A DNA stretch of 64,000 bases from a virus. Lineage: Duplodnaviria > Heunggongvirae > Uroviricota > Caudoviricetes. Under the pieces are notes generated by a model, which worked only from the letters and a program-made list of their open reading frames with translations, was not told the DNA's origin and made no database searches. A program made the position numbers and the translations under genes. The stretch lies in IMG/VR virus record IMGVR_UViG_3300028833_000055, positions 46,446 to 110,445 of that record; one strand, 5' to 3'. Shown here one piece after another: positions 48,425 to 58,206 of this stretch (position 1 is its first letter; each line of letters begins with the position of its first letter).

Positions 48425-49027
48425 TTACATCGGAATTGCCGGACCCATCTGTGGTGCCGGAAGACCGATTGTCTCTTCTGCCCAGTAGTCACAGTTGAAT
48501 GTGATTTGAAGTTCGTTTGCTTCATTGACGGAATCATAGTTCCTGTCACCCATACCGGTTATCTGACCCGTCGGGAAGATGTCATAGCAGGTAATTTTTC
48601 TCCAAACGGAACCGTCACGGTTGTATTCAACTATAATCATAGTTCCACAGTAGATTACCTTCAAACCCTGTGAACCCGTTGCCGGATTGTAAATCAAGTT
48701 TGTCCAGTTACGGAGAGCTGTGTAGATGTAGTTCTCGTTGGCGTTGTTCAAGTTCAATGAGAATGTTATACCGAGTTCCAAGTGTGTCTGGTCTGGACCA
48801 CCGGCATAACTTCTTTCAGCAAATTTGAACTTTTGTCTTGCAACACCTACCGCCGGATTCAGACCGTCAAGACCCGAAATGCTACGGACATGCTCAAGAA
48901 GAAGAGCCGAATTGGCTGTCACTTGCTGCTCCAAAGGAGATAAAATCGTAACCTCGAACAACGAGGGGTTTACAACTTCCCATTTATTCGTGGCAGCATG
49001 TGAGTTTCTATAATGCGATAAAGACAT
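48425..49027 (-). CDS. gp19: tail tube protein (T4 gp19-like)
   Basis: NWTNLIYNPATG, EYNRDG..RKIT.YDIFPT, ITFNCDYW; adjacent to sheath. Confidence 0.75.
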   Translation of the reverse strand: MSLSHYRNSHAATNKWEVVNPSLFEVTILSPLEQQVTANSALLLEHVRSISGLDGLNPAVGVARQKFKFAERSYAGGPDQTHLELGITFSLNLNNANENYIYTALRNWTNLIYNPATGSQGLKVIYCGTMIIVEYNRDGSVWRKITCYDIFPTGQITGMGDRNYDSVNEANELQITFNCDYWAEETIGLPAPQMGPAIPM

Positions 49028-49172
49028 ATTATATAAAGTTATTTTATATGTTGTGAGGAGAAACTATCCCTCACTTTATTTATGTTTATCCTTTTGTGGT
49101 TTGTTTCGGACCACAAAAACTCCAAAACATTTTTTTCATAAATAATATATATAAAAATAAAATGCAATAATT

Positions 49173-52100
49173 ATGGCTTTAGATGCAGAATTAAGTAATT
49201 TGAAATCAGCCGGTACCTATCGTTTTGAAAGAGACCTTAGTACCATTTCAAATGACACAACATCTTTCTCCAATTTGAGACTTGTTGTCGGCTTCTCGAA
49301 GACAGGTCCGTTCAACACGCCTATGCTTGTTACAAATTCGGCACAGTTTATCAAATTGTACGGTCCAATCGACCGTTCTCTTGAGAAAAGAGGTTCATAC
49401 TTCCACAGAAGTTGTCTCGTGGCGTTAAGTGCGGGTCCGATTCTCTGTTTAAATCTTTTAAACCTTGACCCGGACATCGACCAGGTGACACAGAAATCAT
49501 TTTCCGTCAATACAAAGTATTTTAACAAACCACTGATTACATTACCATTAATATCTATCTATGACACGGATAAATTCTGGTTTGCCAGTGAGCAGAGTTA
49601 CCTCGACGGAATAAACACATATCTTAATTCAACGGTTTCTCCTAATGTTCAGTCTTTTACAGAGGATTTGGATGAAAAACTTGTAGAAAGATACACCAAT
49701 GACTACAGTGATGATATTCTTCACTTCACCAATGTGGGAAAAAAACCCATTTCAATCCTTGTAAAGAAGGCGAGCAGTTACGCCACTATGAACTATGAAT
49801 GTACCTTGAACGACTGGTATGGAAAGGACAATGTTCCTGAATATCTCAACGGTACTTCATTCGTAAGTGACTATATGGTTGAAGTCTATGTAATAGGTGG
49901 TGATTTCGGTCCGGCTCTTGACCCAGATAGAGTAAATACAATACCTTCGTTTATGGATTTGGATGACGATGGTGAGACTGAAGTATTGAAACAGTATATG
50001 GAAGTTGAGGCAACCGATGATAAGAACCCTTATGAAAGATTTACTTCGGACATCATTTTCCAGAAGTATTTCGACAAGAACGGTTTCATCCGTAAGGAGA
50101 ACGATACCGATACAACGGACACCAAACTTTCAAGATTCTTGAACCTCTCGTCTGTAAATCTTATCGGAAAGTACACTGGTTCTCTTATTCCTAATTTCGT
50201 AACGAAGTTCGGACAGAACATCTGGATTCAGAAACTTGTTAACGACGATACGAATACAACAGGTCTTTTCTGTGTGGAGAATATTGAGAAACTCGAAGAT
50301 GTAACCGAAATCAACGGTGTAATCAACGAAAAGATTGACTTAATCGGTAACAACATACCCGCCATTATGAAAAAAGAGATGGAGGAAGGTGATACCAATG
50401 ATGAAAAGATAGACTTGAACTTCTTGTCATACAAGGCTTCATACACCGCTCCAACACAGCAGTTGTATTTCTACGCCGAGATAAACAACGATGCAAGTGA
50501 AATAGACGATGACAGCAGGGACGGTTATGTAATTTATGACAGATACTCAGAAGGAGATAAGGATGGTTTGACAACTCCTTACAAATACGCTTGGAGACTT
50601 AATAAAGTAGTTATTGAAAAGGGTAATTTGGCGGGTGAATATGAAGCAAATCAAACACTTCCTTTACCTGGTGCTGAAAGTGACCCGACAGACGCTCTAG
50701 GATATATGAGTTTACCCGGAAACACAGACGGAGATTTGACCGAAATCATATACACCTATGAAAGTAATTTCAGTGCTGGTGTTATTCCTAGCAAGATAAA
50801 GGTCTTCAATAGTCAAGATGAATCTATAACTGTTACGAAGTTCTCTTATAACGAAACACCAAACCCATTGATTACAAAAATAACTATGTTCAATGATAAT
50901 GTGGTTAAATTCAATGGACACGATTATAAACTCGATGTACTTCACACTACAAACAGACCCGATAGTGATTTGGTTACTCTTCGTGGAAATGAAGTTCTTG
51001 TACCGGCGGGTGCAAACATCGTAGCGGGAGACTATATAATCTCCGGTTATTACTATGCTGAAAACGAGGAAACTGAAACTTCCAATATCGAGTTTTCACG
51101 TCTCACTCGTATCATCGAGGTTCGTGGTGTGTATGCAGACACTTCGGCAGACAGTGACTTTGAAAGCATTCCTTCAAGACTTAGAAAAGTCGGTTTGAAG
51201 GTTGTCTGTGCAGATGTTGTGGACAGAAGCTACGACTATATCCAGAAGTTCAGAACTGTTGACCAGTTCGCAGACCGTTTCCAGTGGACTTGTTTGAAGG
51301 GTTATCAAATCCGTGAGGAATTGATGCCTAACGGTACAAACGAAAGACAGAACGAGATACTTGACCTTCTCCGTGAAAATCCTAAATATTCGGCAATAAA
51401 GTCAAGTCTCTACAAATCTCTCTGTGACAACGACTATATCCAGTGGAGATACCTCATCGACACATTCGGAGGCGGTATCGAGGAAAACAGCAAGAGTGTA
51501 TATACACTTCTTTGCCAGGGTCGTAAGAGTGCCCTTGCAATCATCAACTGTCCTTCACAGGTTGAGTTCAAGAAGTCAACAGACCCGTCATTTGTAAACA
51601 GAAGAAATTCCGTTGAGGCCGAGTTTATCGCAAAGGGTGGTGATGCTACAAAGACTCCTTCGTTCCTCTATTCACTCCCGACAGCCGAGCAGGGTGCTTC
51701 ATTCGGTGCATACTACTATCCGTTCCTCAAGATTTCGGATTTGAGTGCTCCTAAGAGTGTTCCACCGGCACCTTATGTATCCAACCTCTTCATATCCAAG
51801 TACAATAACGCAAACGCTTGGTCTATCGTAGCAGGTCAGAGAAGAGGTGTTATCTCGGGTAACCAGATTATCGGTGTTGAGGCTACTCTCGTACACGACA
51901 ATCGTGACTGGTTGGAACCTATGGGTATCAACTCAATCATCTGGGAAAACGGTGTAGGTGTTGAAATCTATGCAAACAAGACTGCAAAACAGACGCCTAA
52001 GTCTGCATTGAGTTCAATACACGTTCGTGAGTGCTGCATCTATATTCAGGACAATATCGAATCTATACTCCGTAGATACATATTCGAAATGAATACGGCA

Positions 52101-52337
52101 CAGACCCGTCTTGAAATCAAGACTCTGGTTGACAACTTCCTCGAAGGTGTCAAGACAAACGGCGGTATCTATGAATACAAGACCGTTATGGACACTACAA
52201 ACAATACACAGGAGGTTATCGACAACAATATGGGTGTCATCGACATCTATATCGAACCTGTAAGAGGTCTTGAAATCTTGACACAGAGACTGACGGTTAT
52301 GAAGACCGGAGGTATCACTGCCGGAGCTTTTGAATAA
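49173..52337 (+). CDS. gp18: contractile tail sheath protein (T4 gp18-like) with large insertions
   Basis: SAGTYRFERD, VVGFSKTGPFNTP, WSIVAGQRRG, LSSIHVRE, FEMNTAQTR, IDIYIEP. Confidence 0.92.
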   Translation: MALDAELSNLKSAGTYRFERDLSTISNDTTSFSNLRLVVGFSKTGPFNTPMLVTNSAQFIKLYGPIDRSLEKRGSYFHRSCLVALSAGPILCLNLLNLDPDIDQVTQKSFSVNTKYFNKPLITLPLISIYDTDKFWFASEQSYLDGINTYLNSTVSPNVQSFTEDLDEKLVERYTNDYSDDILHFTNVGKKPISILVKKASSYATMNYECTLNDWYGKDNVPEYLNGTSFVSDYMVEVYVIGGDFGPALDPDRVNTIPSFMDLDDDGETEVLKQYMEVEATDDKNPYERFTSDIIFQKYFDKNGFIRKENDTDTTDTKLSRFLNLSSVNLIGKYTGSLIPNFVTKFGQNIWIQKLVNDDTNTTGLFCVENIEKLEDVTEINGVINEKIDLIGNNIPAIMKKEMEEGDTNDEKIDLNFLSYKASYTAPTQQLYFYAEINNDASEIDDDSRDGYVIYDRYSEGDKDGLTTPYKYAWRLNKVVIEKGNLAGEYEANQTLPLPGAESDPTDALGYMSLPGNTDGDLTEIIYTYESNFSAGVIPSKIKVFNSQDESITVTKFSYNETPNPLITKITMFNDNVVKFNGHDYKLDVLHTTNRPDSDLVTLRGNEVLVPAGANIVAGDYIISGYYYAENEETETSNIEFSRLTRIIEVRGVYADTSADSDFESIPSRLRKVGLKVVCADVVDRSYDYIQKFRTVDQFADRFQWTCLKGYQIREELMPNGTNERQNEILDLLRENPKYSAIKSSLYKSLCDNDYIQWRYLIDTFGGGIEENSKSVYTLLCQGRKSALAIINCPSQVEFKKSTDPSFVNRRNSVEAEFIAKGGDATKTPSFLYSLPTAEQGASFGAYYYPFLKISDLSAPKSVPPAPYVSNLFISKYNNANAWSIVAGQRRGVISGNQIIGVEATLVHDNRDWLEPMGINSIIWENGVGVEIYANKTAKQTPKSALSSIHVRECCIYIQDNIESILRRYIFEMNTAQTRLEIKTLVDNFLEGVKTNGGIYEYKTVMDTTNNTQEVIDNNMGVIDIYIEPVRGLEILTQRLTVMKTGGITAGAFE

Positions 52338-52353
52338 TCCGTTCACACTTTTT

Positions 52354-52386
52354 AAAAAAGCGGTGGTTTCCCCACCGCTTTTTTTT
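52354..52386 (+). terminator. intrinsic terminator
   Basis: aaaaaagcggtgg-tttcc-ccaccgctttttt. Confidence 0.8.
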
Positions 52387-52427
52387 ATTCAAACATAAAT
52401 AATATATAATGACACGATTATATAACT

Positions 52428-52733
52428 ATGAAGAAATTTTCTGACGATATGGTCATATTGACTGAAGAAGAGATGAAAACTGTCGATGTACTTTCCGAAA
52501 AAATAGTTGAACTGTTAAAGGAAGGAAAATCAACGGATGATATATTAAACGGAAATATCGACGAGGGTATTCTCGGAGGTATAGTAGGTGGTATCGCCGG
52601 TGCTACCATCGGTCCCGCTCTCGGAAGGGCTATATGCAGGGCTCTCGGTATAGAACACGGAATACTATACAATTTCTTGAACAGTAGAGTATTTCTCGCC
52701 GCAGTATGCAGTTATGCAGGATTGAAGTATTAA
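52428..52733 (+). CDS. small protein with Gly-zipper hydrophobic C-terminal half
   Basis: IDEGILGGIVGGIAGATIGPALG; CATAAATA at 52394-52401. Confidence 0.7.
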   Translation: MKKFSDDMVILTEEEMKTVDVLSEKIVELLKEGKSTDDILNGNIDEGILGGIVGGIAGATIGPALGRAICRALGIEHGILYNFLNSRVFLAAVCSYAGLKY

Positions 52734-52751
52734 AAATAAATTTTTATATAT

Positions 52752-53087
52752 ATGGATAACAATTTAATTAAAATAGGTCCCGAAACAAGTATAGGAGCAC
52801 AATTTCCGAATGTTTATAATGAAAACAACCAGAAGATAGTGGAGGCTATAAGTGATGTGGAGGACAATGTGGAGAACATCAAGTCCATACAACTCACAAG
52901 AATACTTCCTGTTCTACAAAACAACGAGACTAAATATCAGCAGATGAAGGTGAGTTATGACAACTTGAAGAGCAAGTATGATGAACTTTTTTCCAAATAC
53001 AATGAGTTCTCACAGAAATATGATGCTCTTCTGAACGCCTTCAATCAAGTTAACGAAAAGATAGATGAGATTATAAACAACCAATAA
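52752..53087 (+). CDS. coiled-coil hypothetical protein
   Basis: Heptad YDNLKSKYDELFSKYNEFSQKYDAL. Confidence 0.7.
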   Translation: MDNNLIKIGPETSIGAQFPNVYNENNQKIVEAISDVEDNVENIKSIQLTRILPVLQNNETKYQQMKVSYDNLKSKYDELFSKYNEFSQKYDALLNAFNQVNEKIDEIINNQ

Positions 53088-53111
53088 CAATCTGAACAAC
53101 CTCTATATATG

Positions 53112-53142
53112 AAAGAGACTGTAATTTTACAGTCTCTTTTTT
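53112..53142 (+). terminator. intrinsic terminator
   Basis: aaagagactgtaa-t-ttacagtctcttt followed by a T-tract. Confidence 0.75.
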
Positions 53143-53155
53143 TAATTCTATTCAT

Positions 53156-53171
53156 AAAAATAGTATCTTTG
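53156..53171 (+). promoter_or_regulatory. Bacteroidota-type -7 promoter element AAAAATAGTATCTTTG
   Basis: Identical 16-mer at three sites; heads a plus-strand operon. Confidence 0.7.
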
Positions 53172-53186
53172 TAAAAAAAAGATTGT

Positions 53187-53444
53187 ATGAAAAGGATATT
53201 ATTGATTTTATCGGCGATTGTATTGCTTACTTCTTGTACAAGAAATTTACACGATGAAAACCCGGTCAATCAACAGGTCAATATAATGAAACGTATCAGT
53301 AGAAATACTGATGGTTGTTTTTATAGTGAAGTCTGGGTAGATACGGAGACTGGGTGTGAATACTTTTTTGTCAGATGTTCCACTACTGGTGTAGCGATGG
53401 TTCAACTGACAGACACAGAAGGGAAACCAAAAATTAGAAAGTAA
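53187..53444 (+). CDS. small lipoprotein (DUF6440-like)
   Basis: Signal peptide with LLTSC lipobox; VDTETGCEY...LTDTEGKP. Confidence 0.7.
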   Translation: MKRILLILSAIVLLTSCTRNLHDENPVNQQVNIMKRISRNTDGCFYSEVWVDTETGCEYFFVRCSTTGVAMVQLTDTEGKPKIRK

Positions 53445-53461
53445 AATTAAATTATAACAAT

Positions 53462-53791
53462 ATGGTAATCCAGTATCAGAAATTTCCATTGTGTCAGATG
53501 ACCGGATACGAAGAGAAGACAACCTTCTGGAACGACTTCACGATAGCGGACGCTTTCGGAAAATCCGCCATACAAGATACATTTAACCGTGCTTTCGAAG
53601 AATGGAAAACAAATCTGGAATATGTTACGGAACTCGTTCTCGTCTTAAACTGGAAGATGTGGTATCATTCTGACAATGGAAACATAGAGTTTGGAAAATT
53701 GTACGAAAAGTTATGGAGAAAGAGTGATAACTTTTGTATGAAGAACCTTAAAGGTGATGAATTGAGTTATTATTTAAGAACAATAGACTGA
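53462..53791 (+). CDS. hypothetical phage protein
   Basis: TTFWNDFTIADAFG..DTFNRAFEEWK. Confidence 0.75.
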   Translation: MVIQYQKFPLCQMTGYEEKTTFWNDFTIADAFGKSAIQDTFNRAFEEWKTNLEYVTELVLVLNWKMWYHSDNGNIEFGKLYEKLWRKSDNFCMKNLKGDELSYYLRTID

Positions 53792-53799
53792 TTGCCGCT

Positions 53800-53967
53800 A
53801 TGTCCGATAAAGAAAAAAGAATTAAAGAACTTGAAGAACGGATTGAGAAGTTTGACAAGATAATTTATGACCTTTACAGTATCCAGAACGATACGGAGAC
53901 CGCAAGTATATTTCTTACGAAGCTTGAAGAAATGGAGGAAGAATTAAAGAAATTAAAGGGTGAATAA
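53800..53967 (+). CDS. small coiled-coil protein (55 aa, below ORF-track cutoff)
   Basis: MSDKEKRIKELEERIEKF...LKKLKGE*, with the stop abutting the next ATG. Confidence 0.65.
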   Translation: MSDKEKRIKELEERIEKFDKIIYDLYSIQNDTETASIFLTKLEEMEEELKKLKGE

Positions 53968-54723
53968 ATGAAAAACATAGTATTTTTTGACTTGGAGACT
54001 ACGGGAGCTCCAAAGAATCCGGCGTTGACGAGAATCATTGAGATTTCCGGTATCAAGGTGAATGAGAACCTTGAAATCATAGACAAGATTTATTTCAAAT
54101 GCAATAACGATGGTGTTCCCATTGAACCGGACGCTTTCGAAAGACACGGTATTCCGGAATCCGATTTGGTGGATTGTCCGACATTTAATGAAGTTGCACC
54201 CGCCGTATTCAAGTTCTTTGAAGGATGTGACATCGGAGGACACTACTGCACCTTCTATGACGCACCTATTCTCTACGAAAGTTTCCTGAGAGCAGGTCTG
54301 ACTTGGAATTTCCGTGACTTGAAGGTGTATGACACATATAGCATATACAAGAAGTTCAATTCGGGCAAACTCGGTGAACTCTATAAGAAATATACGGGGG
54401 AAGACCTTGAGAATGCACACAGCGCCGATGCAGACACGTTGGCGACACTCGAAGTGTTCAAATACCAGTCGAAACACGGTGAGACACTCGATGAAACCGA
54501 ACTCTCTGCGTATTCTGACCGCCTCGACATTATGGGTAACTTCAAGGTCGGTCATAAACCGGACGGAACAAGATATGTGTATCTCCCCTTCGGAAAATAC
54601 AAGGATAAGCCGGTGGATGAGATTGACCCGAGTTATCTTGAATGGATGGCGAACAACGATGAAGGTTTTCCGACCGACACGAGACTTTATGCCCGTAAAC
54701 TTGCAGACAAACTTAAAAGATAA
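53968..54723 (+). CDS. DnaQ-like DEDDh 3'-5' exonuclease with C-terminal PFGKYK (ExoX/DUF3820-like) domain
   Basis: FFDLETTG, HGI, FYD, AHSADADT, LPFGKYK..YLEW. Confidence 0.9.
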   Translation: MKNIVFFDLETTGAPKNPALTRIIEISGIKVNENLEIIDKIYFKCNNDGVPIEPDAFERHGIPESDLVDCPTFNEVAPAVFKFFEGCDIGGHYCTFYDAPILYESFLRAGLTWNFRDLKVYDTYSIYKKFNSGKLGELYKKYTGEDLENAHSADADTLATLEVFKYQSKHGETLDETELSAYSDRLDIMGNFKVGHKPDGTRYVYLPFGKYKDKPVDEIDPSYLEWMANNDEGFPTDTRLYARKLADKLKR

Positions 54724-54726
54724 GAT

Positions 54727-55467
54727 ATGAAAAGAAAATTTACAGACAAATACACGGGAAGATTAAAGAAAGACAAGAGTGTGTTCTTTGAACCGATACC
54801 CGATAACAATCGTATCGGAGGTGGACTTTCAAGAACCACTAAATTCTACGCTATAATCGAGTCGATGACATACTATAAGACGGAGGATGACAACTACGCC
54901 AATTTTGAAGATTTATTCGAAAGAACTCCGGAGTTTAAAAGTATGGATGAACTCAAAGAATATATGAACACCAATAACATCCGTATCGGTTCGGAAATGA
55001 CCAGAGTCGTTCCCATAAACGACGGTGAACACAAGGTGTATAAAAGAGAGGTGAAAGTGCCTATAACGGACATATCGTACCGTATGAAGTATTCCATCAA
55101 CATAGACGCCTTTGTAAATCTTTCACACGAATCTGATGAAATGCCGGGTATCGAAATTCCGGAGTATATCGGAAATTTGGAGACAGCGGAATGTGATGCA
55201 CATTCATATGCTATGCAAAGTCTTTATTCGGTCATAAAGAGTGAAAACGCAAAAAGAAATCATCTTGAAGAATGTAAGGTTGATGTGAACGAGATGTTAA
55301 GTGTCAGAGACGCTATGAGACTTGAACTTTCACCCGAAACACTCGACAACACCATAGAATTTCTGGAAACGAAAAAGGCGAACATAAATGAAAAGTTTGT
55401 AGTGAAATATGACAATATGATTAACAAACTCAAAATGATAAAGGAAATAAAGGCGAAGGGGTTATAA
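54727..55467 (+). CDS. hypothetical protein
   Basis: 246-aa ORF ending at a terminator. Confidence 0.7.
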   Translation: MKRKFTDKYTGRLKKDKSVFFEPIPDNNRIGGGLSRTTKFYAIIESMTYYKTEDDNYANFEDLFERTPEFKSMDELKEYMNTNNIRIGSEMTRVVPINDGEHKVYKREVKVPITDISYRMKYSINIDAFVNLSHESDEMPGIEIPEYIGNLETAECDAHSYAMQSLYSVIKSENAKRNHLEECKVDVNEMLSVRDAMRLELSPETLDNTIEFLETKKANINEKFVVKYDNMINKLKMIKEIKAKGL

Positions 55468-55498
55468 AAAAAGGAGTGAACTTCACTCCTTTTTTTTT
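55466..55498. terminator. bidirectional intrinsic terminator
   Basis: A-tract ggagtgaa-c-ttcactcc T-tract. Confidence 0.8.
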
Positions 55499-55502
55499 GA
55501 TA

Positions 55503-56291
55503 TTAAATAAAATCTCCGATACTCACTCCGTTGTATGTGTAATAGTCTGTTACTGCGTCATATTTGATTTCAAACTCACTTTTACCGTTATATAAAATGT
55601 CATCATCAAATTCATATTCCTTGTCATCGAAATAGAACGACATTTCTTCCAAAAATCCACTTATAGTAACTTCTTCATATCCACCTCTTCTTGGGTATGA
55701 ATCGGAAGATAATTCTAATTTCACATAACAAGTTATCTTTTCACCGGATACTTCCATATTGATTTCGAATTCCACATCATTCTGGTCGGAATATTCGGCA
55801 AGATTTTCTTCTATGTAATGTTCTACATTTCTTGTTATTTCACTTATGTTTTCCTTTGTGGCGAATCCTTTTAAAAATTTCCTTTTTTCCTGTTCGTCAT
55901 AAACGGTGTTTTTTGGTTTCGGGTGCAATATACCTTGGTTATACTTCCTTCTCTCCTTCTTCAATATTTCAAGTCTTTGCTTTAATGTTTCCTTATCCAT
56001 AGACTCGACCGAATCCTTCAGTGTATCGAAATTTTTCAATACGAGAAGTTTTCCGTTTTCAAGTTCAATATAGAATGTGGGTTCATCATCACGAAATCCG
56101 GAGTTCTTATATTTTTCCTTATATTCATCCCTGTCTCTCACCAAACCCAGTATATCACTGTCTTGTGTGTCATATAATATCCTCTTATCCCAATTATATT
56201 TCGGATAACCGTTCTGTTTTATTATGGTACGGAGTTTATTACTCTGGAAAGCCTCGTTTATGAACTCTTCATATTTTTTTATGTATCCCAT
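55503..56291 (-). CDS. hypothetical protein with KKYEEFINE leader (candidate internal head protein)
   Basis: Leader plus CATAAATA at 56314-56321 (minus). Confidence 0.72.
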   Translation of the reverse strand: MGYIKKYEEFINEAFQSNKLRTIIKQNGYPKYNWDKRILYDTQDSDILGLVRDRDEYKEKYKNSGFRDDEPTFYIELENGKLLVLKNFDTLKDSVESMDKETLKQRLEILKKERRKYNQGILHPKPKNTVYDEQEKRKFLKGFATKENISEITRNVEHYIEENLAEYSDQNDVEFEINMEVSGEKITCYVKLELSSDSYPRRGGYEEVTISGFLEEMSFYFDDKEYEFDDDILYNGKSEFEIKYDAVTDYYTYNGVSIGDFI

Positions 56292-56312
56292 ATATGTTAT
56301 TTTTTATTTACA

Positions 56313-58172
56313 TTATTTATGGATATTTTTTTCAATCATTTCATCCGTCCAGAGCATAATTCCGTATTTTTTTGAAAAAAGTCCATTGATACGGTTTTCG
56401 TTTTTATCCAACCCCTTTATACTTCCATTTTCACCATTTATTTCCGGTCCTATTATTATATAGGCTGGTGCTTTGACATATTCCTTTATTAACCTATACC
56501 ATTCGACAAAGGGAATATCACTCATATCATCGGGTGTTCCGTCCCAATGCTCGAATTTTCTACCAAACGGAGGACAACACAAGCATACTTTATCCGTCTT
56601 GATTTTCTTGGAAAGTACATTTCTTTTCTTCCATCCGTACCATTTGCAAAACCTCTCGTTCATATCATAACACTCACATTCAATGTCCTTTCCGTGTTCA
56701 TCACCCCACATCTTGACAGCTTTGTATATACCTCCGAAACCAGCCATAGGTATAAATACACCCGGTGTCAAGTCGATACCCGACTCGTCTATTATGGCTT
56801 TCATTGTGTCTTTTGAAAGCGCTGTGACTTTGGGGGCGATTTTCGCTATTGTAAAACGGTCTTGTATCTGTCTTAAAAATCTGTCGGTTGAAAATGTCAT
56901 ACGGTTGTTTTCAATCTTGCATTTTAGAAATTCGTTGATATGTGCAATCTTGAAATCCAAGTTGGACTTGCAGACGGAAATTATGTTCCTGACGGCTTTT
57001 TTCAAGTATATTTCATTCGACCAGGCGTCACGTGGTGAAATCTTCCCTCCCACCCAGCAGTCCCAGATTGGATGGTTTTCCGGCCATCTTGAATTTCCGG
57101 GAAGTTTCTGTGTCAGACAATATCCAACCACAATGTTTGTAATGTAATTCTCAAAAATAGAAATACACTCGTCAATATTACTGGAAAATATTTCAAGATA
57201 ATTCAGACCGTTTTCTTCTGCGAGTTTTCTTTTTCTCACATCAAGGTCAGTCCAAGTATATACGGCGTTGTCATAATAGTCGTTATCCTTTGATTTCCAA
57301 AAATCAAGTGTTTCGACATCATTTTCATCCGCCGGATTGAAAGGATGTCTTCCGTGTGTCCAGTTTCCTTGTATTTCAATAAACAGATTTACATTCCGTA
57401 TGTAGAAATCACAAGAAAAAGGATATGATATTTTATCAAAATACTGGGGTTCTATATTTTCAAATCCGAATAATTCTACAAGGTATCCATAAAATTCTAT
57501 TTCAACTTTCGATGAACATCCAGTTGTCTTGTTTGAAAAATCCTTGAACTTCCGTATGTTTTCCTTTATTGTATTTTTTATTTTTTCATTTCTTTTCTCC
57601 TTGTTTTCAAGATATGACTTACGCAGTTTCTCACATCTTTCCACATTGTCCTTGTATGGTCTCCTTATTTTCTCAAGATTTTCCTCCGACCAGAAGTTTC
57701 CTCCGTTTTTCTTCCGTATTGTATCCACAGCCTTCTTTCTCGATTCGATACTATTCGATTCCTTCTGTGCCTTCTTTAAAGTTTCCTTGTTATGTTCCAA
57801 GACACAAGGACAATCCTTTGAACAATATGTCCTGTATCCCTTCTTGAAATCTATGAAATGAAGTTCATTACCACATTCACATCTGTGAATCGTAAAGTCG
57901 TCTTGAAGGAAATGCCACAGTTTCTGTGTAAATGAATAATTTTCCGGAAATTCACATTTTTCCATTTCGTTAAAGATTTCCGGATAATTCTTTTTTATGG
58001 AGTCTTGTTTTTTTAATCCACCGGATTTGTCTTCAACATTGAGTAGATATTCAAATAAATCTATTTTATTTTTTATCTTTTTTATATCGTCTTCAAGCAA
58101 AATAATTACACTGTTATTGATTAAACATTCTCTTTTCACTTCATAATAAAATATAACAAAAAAGGAACTCAA
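56313..58172 (-). CDS. putative homing-type endonuclease fused to a methyltransferase-like C-terminal domain (start uncertain, possibly GTG at 58139)
   Basis: N-terminal two-thirds paralogous to 39436..40569; C-terminus has FIPMAGFGG, YDMN and CCPPF. Confidence 0.65.
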   Translation of the reverse strand: MSSFFVIFYYEVKRECLINNSVIILLEDDIKKIKNKIDLFEYLLNVEDKSGGLKKQDSIKKNYPEIFNEMEKCEFPENYSFTQKLWHFLQDDFTIHRCECGNELHFIDFKKGYRTYCSKDCPCVLEHNKETLKKAQKESNSIESRKKAVDTIRKKNGGNFWSEENLEKIRRPYKDNVERCEKLRKSYLENKEKRNEKIKNTIKENIRKFKDFSNKTTGCSSKVEIEFYGYLVELFGFENIEPQYFDKISYPFSCDFYIRNVNLFIEIQGNWTHGRHPFNPADENDVETLDFWKSKDNDYYDNAVYTWTDLDVRKRKLAEENGLNYLEIFSSNIDECISIFENYITNIVVGYCLTQKLPGNSRWPENHPIWDCWVGGKISPRDAWSNEIYLKKAVRNIISVCKSNLDFKIAHINEFLKCKIENNRMTFSTDRFLRQIQDRFTIAKIAPKVTALSKDTMKAIIDESGIDLTPGVFIPMAGFGGIYKAVKMWGDEHGKDIECECYDMNERFCKWYGWKKRNVLSKKIKTDKVCLCCPPFGRKFEHWDGTPDDMSDIPFVEWYRLIKEYVKAPAYIIIGPEINGENGSIKGLDKNENRINGLFSKKYGIMLWTDEMIEKNIHK

Positions 58173-58187
58173 AAGAGTTCCTTTTTT
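58158..58187 (-). terminator. intrinsic terminator after the capsid gene
   Basis: aaaaaaggaactc-aaaa-gagttcctttttt. Confidence 0.8.
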
Positions 58188-58206
58188 GAATTATTTAATC
58201 TACTGA

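Noticed and set aside
49173-52337. Intein explaining the long sheath or capsid proteins
   Set aside because: No intein-like C..HN-[CST] boundaries or LAGLIDADG motifs were recognised; the extra length looks like surface domain insertions
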